Source of the DNA: Eledone cirrhosa
Taxonomy: Eukaryota
Length of the DNA stretch: 64,000 nucleotides
Direction: 5' to 3'
Assembly: GCA_964016885.1 (NCBI GenBank)
Contig: OZ024743.1
Span: 110,174,001 to 110,238,000 of the forward strand
Shown here: positions 13,206 through 24,367 of the stretch, piece after piece
Layout of the letters: the number at the start of each line of letters is the position of its first letter
How positions within the stretch are numbered: position 1 is the stretch's first letter
Position numbers and translations under genes: made by a program
The notes under the pieces: generated by a model
What the model was told of the DNA's origin: nothing
The model's input: the letters and a program-made list of their open reading frames with translations, nothing else
Database searches by the model: none

Positions 13206-13745
13206 TTAAACGTTGGTCTTTCCTACGTGCATGTTCATTCCAACTGGTGAACTTATTTTGTGGATGATACAGAGCATGGTGTCTAGCTCCTTGATTGAAT
13301 GTGCTCTTAACACAATGTCGTCTGCGAAGTCGAAATGGCGGAGGCACTCACCATCGATGTTAATTCCTCTGTACTCCCACTGAATCTTATACAAGATGGC
13401 ATCTTGCAGACATGAGGTAAACAGCCTTGGTAAGATCGTTGAGCGAGTAGACAGCTACTTGGGGAAAATGGTGACCTTCTCCCGGAGATCAAGAGAAGAA
13501 TCACGCTTTGATGGGTGCGTCTTCGGTAACATATTTATAATCATGATGTGTCCCAAATCCACCACGAGAATGAAACGGAAAATCTTCAACGAGTATATCT
13601 TGCCAGTGATGATGTATGGCAAAGAGACCTGGACGCTGAATAACACCATGAGGAAAATATTCAGTGCCTCCGAGTGAAAGATGGAGCATATCATGTTGGG
13701 AATCATACTGCGAGACAAGAAAAAGAACATTTGGATTCGACAACG
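13206..13745. mobile_element. RTE LINE fragment with an internal inversion
   Basis: Minus 13206-13394 GINIDGECLRHFDFADDIVL; plus 13396-13745 YLG..KRKIFNEYILPVMMYGKETWTL. Confidence 0.8.
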
Positions 13746-13749
13746 AATC

Positions 13750-14012
13750 CAAACCTCTCTACCCCCATCTTCTATAAACCGACAGACTCCCACTCTTACC
13801 TCTACTTCACCTCGGCCCATCTAACCCACACCAAACCAACCATACCATATTCTCAATTCCTCCGTCTTTGCCGGCTCTGTTACCAGACACGGTTTCAAAC
13901 CCATGCCCTTCACATTGCCTCGCTCTTCATCCAGCGCGGATATACTCCCACCCTGGTCCAAGCTGCTCTCACCCGCACCCGTGAAGCCGACCGTAATATA
14001 GCACTCTCATAG
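13750..14012 (+). pseudogene. Penelope-like RT thumb fragment
   Basis: IFYKPTDSHSYLYFTSAH..HTK.TIPYSQFLRLCRLC...FIQRGY. Confidence 0.8.
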
Positions 14013-15317
14013 ATTTGTTTTCGAAAATTTAAATTTAAATATATTTATGTATATATGTACTTTACTTTAATGTACTTTAGTATATGCGCCTGGGCGAATG
14101 TAAAGAAGTATATGTGTTTAGAAGTACCACTTTCTTAAAGGATGGTCAGTTTATTGCTTCATAGACGATTTGTCAAGGTTACTTTAATTAATGAATATAT
14201 ATTTATCAATTTCCTATGTATATATGTTGGTCTCTGTGAAGGTATGTCCCTATTACTTATGTTATATTTGTATATCTAAATATAATGTATTTCATATTTA
14301 CAGGCAAAAACACATAAACGTATATGCGGAAATGTATGTAATATTTACATCTATTATTGAAAGAGAAATCTTGATACTCCTGCATTCATACCGAATGTAC
14401 ATATAAATAAAATGCATTTTTATTTTTGTTTGAATTTCGTACAAACGTATAATACACTATTACTAGAGAATAATTTTGCATTTATTACATTCATACATAT
14501 GACATTTAACAACGAAAAAAATATGCATAATGTTATGTGAATGTATTTGTATCTACATAGAACATACTTGATAGTTCACAACGTCTATTTTGCACCGAAT
14601 GGAACCTTACTCTGCCATTGAATTCTATGCAAAATACCCAATTAGTCGTCACTACGCTGTGACACTTAACGTCTCAACTCCAACAACATTTGTGACAAGG
14701 AAACGCAATAGCTTGTGATATACAGAAACAGGCATTTTGAATAATGTTAAACATATATCCAACTTCATTGCATCATGTCAACAATTCTAGGAGAATATAA
14801 TTGCACAAAATTGTCTTCCTATACCTGGATGATGCTACATTCAGTTTAACTCAACAGTCAAACCAAATACATATTTCACTTTAAACACACGAAAGGAAAT
14901 ATATTTGTTAAATAACGGTGGGTGAACGGGAGGTGGAGACAGAGTGAAGGGCGAGTGGGATTTAGTTGTACCTTAATCGGTCTGAATCTGGTATTTTGTG
15001 TTCGATTGCAGGTGTATAATTCACGTTTGTCGTGGTTGATTAAAAACGTGAAATGAAACAAAAATAGCGTAGACATTACAAGACAATACAATAGGAGGGA
15101 CAACGATGTGCAACGAAATAATTTTGATATAATATATATATATATTTATATCTGGATTTTTACCCGTTGGTAAATCCGTGATACACATTGATTGCCAAAT
15201 AAATTAACTATAGAGATATAAAAGATACAAAAGCGAAAACCACCCAAACAGTGAGTGTGATCTGTTATTATTTCTGGTAATATTATTACAACAATATGGT
15301 CATCTTCAAGTATAACA

Positions 15318-15322
<5 letters not shown>

Positions 15323-15384
<62 letters not shown>
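15323..15384. repeat. (AAT)n microsatellite, insertion target
   Basis: About 20 AAT units directly upstream of the LINE. Confidence 0.95.
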
Positions 15385-15387
<3 letters not shown>

Positions 15388-16480
15388 GATAGGAAGACTA
15401 GGAAGCTATTGACTATCTACAACATGTTCCACAAGAGGAGTGATGTCGATAGACTCTACCTAAGGAGATCTGAGGGTGGAAGAGGTCTTATCAGCATAGA
15501 GGACTGTGTTCAGATGGAGAAAAACAACCTATACAAATACGTGACCTATAGTAAGGAGCCAATGCTCAGAGCTGTACTGAAGGAGGGGACAGTAGGCCAG
15601 GGGATATCCAAGGAGGAAATAACATCAAGGAGGAAGAGCAGCCTTAAGGGAAAATCCCTTCATAGTACCTTCTTTGAGAAAACTGAATTTAGAGATCCAC
15701 AGACATGGAACTGGTTGAGAAGAGGAGACCTCAAAAAGGCTACAGAAGGAATGCTAATGGCTGCGCAGGAGCAGGCCCTCAAAACGAAGTGGTTGAAGCA
15801 CCATATCTACAAGGAGGAGGCTAGCCCACTGTGCAGGATCTGTGGAGAGAGAGAGGAGACTGTGGCTCACATTGTGTCCGAGTGTAAACACCTAGCCCAG
15901 ACCCACTATAAGGGCTGGAGACACGATGTGATGGGCAGGGTGATCCACTGGCACCTGTGCAAAGTAAACAATCTACCACATTCTGAGAAATGGTATGAGC
16001 ATAGGCCAGAGGCGGTGATGGAGAACAGTCAGGTGAAGGTGCTGTGGGATTTTAGGATACAGACGGACAAAAAACTGGAACACAATAGACCTGACCTGGT
16101 GGTTGTGGACAAAGAAAAAAGATCGTGCCTGATTGTGGATGTGGCCTGCCCGTTCGACACGAGAGTGCAAGAGAAGGAGAGGGAGAAAATTAACCGATAC
16201 CAGGACTTAAAGTGGGAGGTGAAAAGGATTTGGAACTGCCATGAAGTCAAAGTGATCCCGATTGTCATAGGCGCACTGGGGACTATCTCCAAAGGTTTCC
16301 AGGGATGGTTAAAGAAAATCGGCCCCTTCACGCTTTTTGGAACGCTTCAAAAGGCATGCTTGCTTGGAACAGCAAGAACCCTCCGATACGTCCTGAATAT
16401 CTGAGGCTGCAGGTAGTGGCTTGATATTCAATCCAACGGACTTTCCAGTTAACCAACATCAATGACTGAGATTCAAGGAA
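15385..16480 (+). mobile_element. 5'-truncated R4/Dong-like RLE non-LTR retrotransposon, family 1 copy 1 (ORF 15385-16404)
   Basis: GGRGL, CRICG..EETVAHIVSEC zinc knuckle, RHD, RPDLVVVD..IVDVACP..K..RY restriction-like endonuclease; short 3' UTR then (AAT)n tail. Confidence 0.93.
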
Positions 16481-16490
16481 TAGCAATAAC

Positions 16491-16523
<33 letters not shown>

Positions 16524-16529
<6 letters not shown>

Positions 16530-19141
16530 CATAGGCACTAAAAATAGACTGGAAATAAAATACAAAACTAGGAGTAAAAAGCTAAATATTATCATAGAGG
16601 AATTGAAGCAACGCATTGTAGCAAAGAGTGCAAAAATCAGGCGATACGAGAACAGAGTCAGTCAGTATAAACAGAACCGCATGTTCGACAACCAGAATAT
16701 GCTGTTTGGACAGCTTGAGGGGAAAGAAAGAGGCAACGACTTGATCCCTGGGGCGGAACAAACTAAAACATTCTGGAGAGGAATATGGGAGCAGGATGTT
16801 AGACACAATGCCCAGGCAGGGTGGATTGAGACAGTACAGAGGGAGATCGGTGAGCAGGCACAACAACAAACTGATTTGAGTATCACAGTTGAAACTCTTA
16901 AGGGGCAGGCCAAAAAACTAACCAACTGGAAATCACCAGGCCCAGATGGTGTGCAGGGGTATTGGATTAAACATTTAACATCCCTCCACCCGAAGCTGAC
17001 GGCCATGTTCAATGACTGCTTGGTGTCGGGTGAGGTGCCAGAGTGGTTGACAAAAGGTACCACAGTTCTGATAATGAAAGACCGAATCAAGGGTAATGAT
17101 GTTACCAACTATAGACCTATCACATGTCTGTCCGTAATGTGGAAACTGTTGACGAGCATTGTGTCTGAGGAAATCTACCATCACCTCCACACAAACAACT
17201 TGTTACCAGACGAACAGAAAGGATGCCGAAAGAAGTCACGTGGTACAAAGGACCAGTTGCTTATTGATAAGATGGTAATGGGGAATTGCAGGAGGAGACA
17301 CACTGATCTTGCCATGGGATGGATAGACTACAGAAAGGCATTTGACATGGTGCCTCATTCCTGGATCACCAAAAGCCTGGAGATCTTCAGGGTGGCAGAT
17401 AACATCAGACAGTTGCTAGGCAGGAGTATGGGGTCCTGGGAGACAGAGTTGACATCAACTGGAGTATCCTTGGGAAGCGTGAAGATCAAGAGAGGTATCT
17501 TTCAGGGAGATAGCCTGTCCCCTCTGTTGTTTGTCCTTGCCCTGATGCCCTTGACCATTATGCTGCGAAAAGTGAGAGCAGGATACAAGTTGGGAAGGGG
17601 AGAGCTTACCATCAATCACCTCCTCTTCATGGACGATATTAAGCTCTTCGGGAAAAGTGAGAAGGAGTTGGATGTGCTTGTTGACACTGTTCGTATTTTC
17701 AGCAGTGATATATGTATGCAGTTTGGTATTAGTAAATGTGGAGTCATTGTGATGAAGAGGGGTAGGTTGAGCAGAAGTGACGGGATCCAGATACCAACAG
17801 GTGAGATGATAAAGGAAATTGACTCTGAGGAAGGATACAAGTATTTGGGTGTTCTGGAGGCTGATGGCATAAAGAACAAAAAAATGAAGGAATTGTTAAG
17901 AACTGAATACATTCGGAGAGTAAGGAGCGTATTGAAGTCACATCTGAACAGCAGAAATGCCATAAGCGCAGTAAATTCCCGAGCTGTGTCTATTATCAGG
18001 TACAGTGCGGGAATTCTGAGATGGAATGTTGCTGAACAAAAAGAAATGGATAGGAAGACTAGGAAGCTATTGACTATCTACAACATGTTCCACAAGAGGA
18101 GTGATGTCGATAGACTCTACCTAAGGAGATCTGATGGTGGAAGAGGTCTTATCAGCATAGAGGAATGTGTTCAGATGGAGAAAAACAACCTATACAAATA
18201 CGTGACCTATAGTAAGGAGCCAATGCTCAGAACTGTACTGAAGGAGGGGACAGTAGGCCAGGGGATGTCCAAGGAGGAAATAACATCAATGAGGAAGAGC
18301 AGCCTTAAGGGAAAATCCCTTCATAGTACCTTCTTTGAGAAAACTGAATTTAGAGATCCACAGACATGGAACTGGTTGAGAAGAGGAGACCTCAAAAAGG
18401 CTACAGAAGGAATGCTAATGGCTTCGCAGGAGCAGGCTCTCAAAACGAAGTGGTTGAAGCACCATATCTACAAGGAGGAGGCCAGCCCACTGTGCAGGAT
18501 CCGTGGAGAGAGAGAGGAGACTGTGGCTCACATTGTGTCCGAGTGTAAACACCTAGCCCAGACCCACTATAAGGGCTGGAGACACGATGTGATGGGCAGG
18601 GTGATCCACTGGCACCTGTGCAAAGTAAACAATTTACCACATTCTGAGAAATGGTATGAGCATAGGCCAGAGGCGGTGATGGAGAACAATCAGGTGAAGG
18701 TGCTGTGGGATTTTAGGATACAGACGGACAAAAAACTGGAACACAATAGACCTGACCTGGTGGTTGTGGACAAAGAAAAAAGATCGTGCCTGATTGTGGA
18801 TGTGGCCTGCCCGTTCGACACGAGAGTGCAAGAGAAGGAGAGGGAGAAAATTAACCGATACCAGGACCTAAAGTGGGAGGTGAAAAGGATTTGGAACTGC
18901 CATGAAGTCAAAGTGATCCCGATTGTCATGGGCGCACTGGGGACTATCTCCAAAAGTTTCCAGGGATGGTTAAAGAAAATCGGCCCCTTCACGCTTTTTG
19001 GAACGCTTCAAAAGGCATGCTTGCTTGGAACAGCAAGAACCCTCCGATACGTCCTGAATATCTGAGGCTGCAGGTAGTGGCTTGATATTCAATCCAACGG
19101 ACTTTCCAGTTAACCAACATCAATGACTGAGATTCAAGGAA
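16524..19141 (+). mobile_element. R4/Dong-like LINE, family 1 copy 2, 5'-truncated but with an open RT-RLE frame (to 19065)
   Basis: WKSPGPDG, NYRPITCL, WIDYRKAFD, GIFQGDSLSPLLF, FMDD, YKYLG and RLE motifs; 3' part near-identical to copy 1; flanked by (AAT)n on both sides. Confidence 0.95.
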
Positions 19142-19439
19142 TAACAACAACAATAATAATAATAATAATAATAATAATAAAGGGAAGAAGACGCACGAGG
19201 TGGCGGAAGGTCATGAAATCGCTCCCGTAAGCTTTGAATTTTTAACATATTTAAATCATTTGTGAAATAACAACTCTTAGTACAAATGCTACGTAAAGCA
19301 TCCGGCTTGAGCCCCAAAAAATTCGGATCCAAAATATATTGTTATAAGGCTCAAATATTCAAATATTCAACTTTGTATTGTACATTGTATATTCAAAAAA
19401 GAAAATGGCTATAAATGGAAGAAGAACCCCATCCCCTCC

Positions 19440-20000
19440 TCTGTCTACGCTATATAGAACAGCCAAACAACACCAGAAACTAGATACAACACCTACCCCA
19501 TCAACTCTCTGTGTACACTAAACACAACAACCAGATAACGGCAAATTCACCACCACCACTCACTGCTGCCATCATTACCACCACTATCCCATCAGCGCCG
19601 CCACCACTCCTTCATTGCTACCACCGCTACAACACCATCACTACAGTAATACGACCACATCGCCACCACCTCTGCCTCGGTATCGACATCACCACAACCA
19701 CTGTCTCAGTATCGATACCGCCGCTACTGTCTCCCACATCTCCCCGCCGCCACCACTCCTTCAATGGTACCACCACTATTCCCCTGTTAACTTGAGAGAG
19801 AAAGGGGAAGGTGGCGGTATCACTAGACAAGGGAGAGGCTAGCAAAAGATATAAATAGATTGACTTAGTGACCTGGCCAAGGCCAAACGTCAATATCAAC
19901 AACTATGGGACTTCTGGCTCACCTCTTCCTCACCAACAATATAAAAAGCCCCGGCACCACCACCGAAATAGCCAACAACAATAACAGCCAACTACAACAA
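19440..20000. repeat. (CAC/ACC)-rich low-complexity region
   Basis: Degenerate CAC/CCG trinucleotide runs. Confidence 0.7.
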
Positions 20001-20149
20001 AAAGTATATTATATTATTGTAATGCACTGGGTGATTGCTGGCCTTGTGCCTGGAGTGGAGACAATTATTAATAATTTCATTCTTAAGCCACGCAATACTC
20101 ACATTAAGGAACCACTCATGATAATAACAATTTAAAAAAAAACAACAAA

Positions 20150-23100
20150 AAGAAAACCCCGTGACCAAGAAATACCGGGATGGCGGCCGGCGGGGAATAG
20201 CCGTGTCTCTAAGTTTGAACGACCCCTCTAGTCTTGGTTGACACTCGTTCTAGAAGTGGTAACACGAAATGATTACCCCTTGGCGGATAAGGATAAAACG
20301 CGACAAAATAAAGTAAATGTCTAATGATAAAATCTCATACCGGATCGGCCGTCACCCGGGTAAAAAAGGGCCGCGTCCCTCAGAGAGGAACCAGACTGGG
20401 GTCGAAAAATCAGCTAATCGTTCAAACCTTCCCATCACTTCGGAGCTGGAGACCTCCCATAACCGGAATACTCCTACTGTTGGCCCTCCATGCTCACCAC
20501 CAAGAAATCCAAAGAAAAAGAGAGAAAAATGGTCAAGGGAAGATAATAAAGAAGTCCTTGGGGCTTTCTACACTGCCATGTACTACCCATCAAATACATC
20601 GAATACAGAACAGACATATATCAACTGGAAAAAGAAACATCCCGAAAACAGAGGCTATATTGACAGTAACAAACTAGCCAATATACGAAGAAATATTGTA
20701 AGAAAAAAGTTACTAACTGATATAGAAATTGATCAGATCAAGCTATTAGCACAAAGTCAGCGAAGGGAAAATGAAACATGTGTCAGTGAAAACGAGATAA
20801 ACTGTAACACTTCGAATCCCAGGGTTGGGGCGGAATCACTGGAAACAGAACAAATTAAAGAAAGGATCGAACAAGTGGAGGGAGTGCATGCTCAGGATGA
20901 AAATCCAAATGAAAATAATGAGATCGTAAATAGTAAAGGAATGAATGAGAATGAACTTGCCAACTTGAAGGATGAAATTATGATCGAATGGATGAAAATG
21001 AAAGAATCTGACATGGGGCAACGAGACACCCTCCCTAAGATCCAGAACTCCAAACAGGACCAAAAGATAATACACAAGACTAACATAATTCTCAAAAACA
21101 TTATCATCACAAACAAACTAAACATTACTGATTTAAATCATCTCTATTATGCATCGGCTAAAGTCACCACTCACTTATGTGGAGTGAAGATGAAAAAACA
21201 AACGAATTCCCACAAGAAATCTACTTGGCAAGAGAACATCAATCGCCAAATAAACCTTCTCCGATCTGACATAGAAATGTTAACAAACTATAAAGTAGGT
21301 GAACATGTTAAACAAACTAAACTTAGAAAATTGAAAAAAAAGTACAGTATAAAATCAACATGTGACATAGACATGCTGATAGAAATAATCAAGCAAAAAG
21401 TGTCGGCCAAAGCTGCTCGTATAAGGCGCTTTGAAAAACGATCTAGATTCTATAAGGACAATAATATGTTCAAAAACAACCAAAGAAACTCCTACAGGAA
21501 AATTGGTAAGTCAACAATAACTGCTAAATCAATACCACCCAAGGAGGAAGTGCAAGAATTCTGGGAAAAGATCTGGGCCGAAGAAAAAGTTCATAACATA
21601 CATGCCCCATGGATAGACAGACAAATGAAAGATACAGCTCACCTTGAGGAACAAACATGGGAAAATATAACAGTTGAACAGTTGCGCTTGGCTCTAAGAA
21701 AAACCAGCAAATGGAAATCACCAGGAAAAGACAAAATACAAAACTTTTGGATAAATGCCTTCACAGAGTCTCATGAGCTGTTAGCCCAACTTTACAATGA
21801 AATAGTTAAGGAGCGAGAAAAGATACCTTCATGGCTAGTTAACGGCATCACATTCCTGCTTCCGAAGAATGATGAGACAAACAATCCCAAAAATTACAGA
21901 CCGATAACTTGCTTGACCACAATGTATACAATTTTAACATCAGTCCTAACTGAATACACATATGACCACCTGATAACAAATGACCTATTTCCCATTGAGC
22001 AGAAAGGGTTTAAACGAGGCTCATATGGCTGTAAGGATCAGCTTTTGGTTAACAAAATGATACTGGAAGATTGTCATAATAGACACAAAAATCTATCGAT
22101 TGCTTGGATAGATTATAAAAAAGCATTTGATAGTTTGCCACACAGTTGGATTGAAAAATGTTTAGAGATTTTCAAAGTATCCCCCGTTGTCAGGAGGTTT
22201 TTGTCATTCAGTATGAAGAAATGGAAAACGACACTCCTTTTGAATAGTGAAACAAAATCACTGGAAGCTGGAGAAGTTAATATTAATTGTGGAATTTTTC
22301 AGGGTGACTCTTTATCACTGCTTTTATTCTGCATCGCACTTATACCATTAAGTAAAATGCTCAATGAAACAAAACATGGATATAAAGTCTATGACAAAAC
22401 CATTAATCACCTGTTCTACATGGATGACCTGAAACTATTTGCAAAAAATGATGAACAATTGCAAGGGCTATTATCCACTGTGAAGCAGTTCAGTGATGAC
22501 ATTAAAATGGAGTTTGGACTAGATAAATGCGCCAAGGCAACGTTCACCAGAGGAAAGCTGCTGAAGAGTTCAGACATTAATCTCGATCGGGGGAACGTGA
22601 TAAGAGAACTTGATCAAGAAAAAAGTTACAAATATCTAGGTGTTTGTGAAGGAGACGGAATCAAGCACTCGACAATGAGGGAAAGGATAAGGAAGGAATG
22701 TTACCGCAGAGTAAGAGCAATCTTAAGAACGGAATTGAATGCAAGCAATAGGATCGATGCCATAAACACGCTTGCCATACCAGTAGTAACCTACAGTTAC
22801 AATGTCATCAACTGGTCAAGCACAGAGATCCGTAGGCTCGATACAAAAATTCGAAAATTCTAAACCATGCACAGAATGCATCACCCTAAGGCAGATATAG
22901 ATAGAATATATCTCCCTAGGAAAGAAGGAGGACGTGGGTTAATCCAGTTAGACATTGCGTTGAAAACTGCAACAATTGGATTATCTACATATCTAAGGGA
23001 ATCACATGATTGGATGATCAAACTCGTTTTGAAACACGAAAGCATCAAAAGATCATATTCCATTACAAAAGATGCACAAAGATACAGTAATGGACTACAC

Positions 23101-24095
23101 ATTTCAGAAGTCCCATTTACTGCTGAAATGGAAAACACAGAAAAAGCAAAGCAGGTAAAAGTAACTGCAAAGAAAGAACTGCTACAGAAACTGGCTAAGA
23201 AATGGCAAGAAAAGCCTCTGTATGGAAAATACCCAGAGCGAGCTAACAATCCTGATGTTGACAAAACTTTAACCCATCAGTGGTTGGCATCCTCTGGACT
23301 GAAATCGGAGACTGAAGGACTGATTATATCGGCACAAGATCAGTGTCTGCCAACAAAAAATTACCAAGCCAACATAATAAAAAATGGGTGCAGCCCATTA
23401 TGCCGTGTATGCAAAAAACAACCAGAGACCATTGACCATATAATTTCAATGTTCAGTCCTATAGCTCCAACGGAATACCTAAACAGGCATGACAGAGCTG
23501 CACAATACATACATTGGATAATGTGTAAGCATTTTGACCTGCCCCATCAAAAGAATTGGTGGGAGCATCAACCACCTCCCATACTTGAAAAAGATCACAT
23601 CTCAATCTTGTGGAACTTTAGCATCCAAACAGACCGAAAAATAGATGCAAGCAGAGCTGATATAATATTGAAAGACTTTCAAAAGAGGGTATGCCTGCTA
23701 ATTGATATGTCTGTTCCAATAGACAAGAATGTATCTATAAAAACATTTGAAAAATTGAGCAAGTATAAGGACCTGGAGATAGAAATTGGAAAAATGTGGA
23801 AATTGAGTGGTTGTAGGCGCTCTGGGAATGATACCTAAAGGGTCTAATGATTACATATCGCAAATCCCAGGAAACCCGCGTATAGGAGAAATACAAAGGA
23901 TAGTACTAATGGGAACTGCCCATATACTAAGGAAGATTCTGTCAATATAAGTACATCACAAGTCTAAACACTAAAGATGCATGTGTGAATATGTATGTTC
24001 TTTCTTGAACATGGCGGACCTTGTTGTCTCTTGAGGTCACTGGTTGTGACTTGGTGATAACTCGTATGAACATAAAGCAAGATAAATGCAACTGT
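20150..24095 (+). mobile_element. Near full-length R4/Dong-like RLE LINE, family 2. ORF 20317-23950 has one premature TAA (22861) and a frameshift near 23805
   Basis: KWSRE N-terminal motif, WKSPGKDKI, YRPITCL, QGD, YMDD, CRVC..ETIDHI, RHD, RADIIL..IDMSVP. ORFs 20317 and 22867 are in the same frame. GC-rich 5' UTR and (AAT)n tail. Confidence 0.93.
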
Positions 24096-24367
24096 AATAA
24101 TAATAATAATAATAATGATTTCTTTATTAACCACAAGGGTTTACATAAAGTAGACATTAAGGACAGTGCAGGACAATACAGGACGGTACAAATGGGCATT
24201 TCTGCGTGTAAAAAACGAAAATAGAGGGTGTAACAAAAAATAACAATGAAAAATTCCCCAATAGGGGGGGAGACTTCGGAGGGACATTTGTGGAGAAAGC
24301 CCAGTAAAAAGCCACAATGACCCTGACCAACAAGGCAAGTGCCCTCTCCTAGTTTTCCACCTTTAAT

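Noticed and set aside
16462-16523. N-terminus MTEIQGIAITIIII of the 867 aa ORF as a real signal-like peptide
   Set aside because: It is the 3' UTR and (AAT)n tail of the upstream copy read in frame by chance
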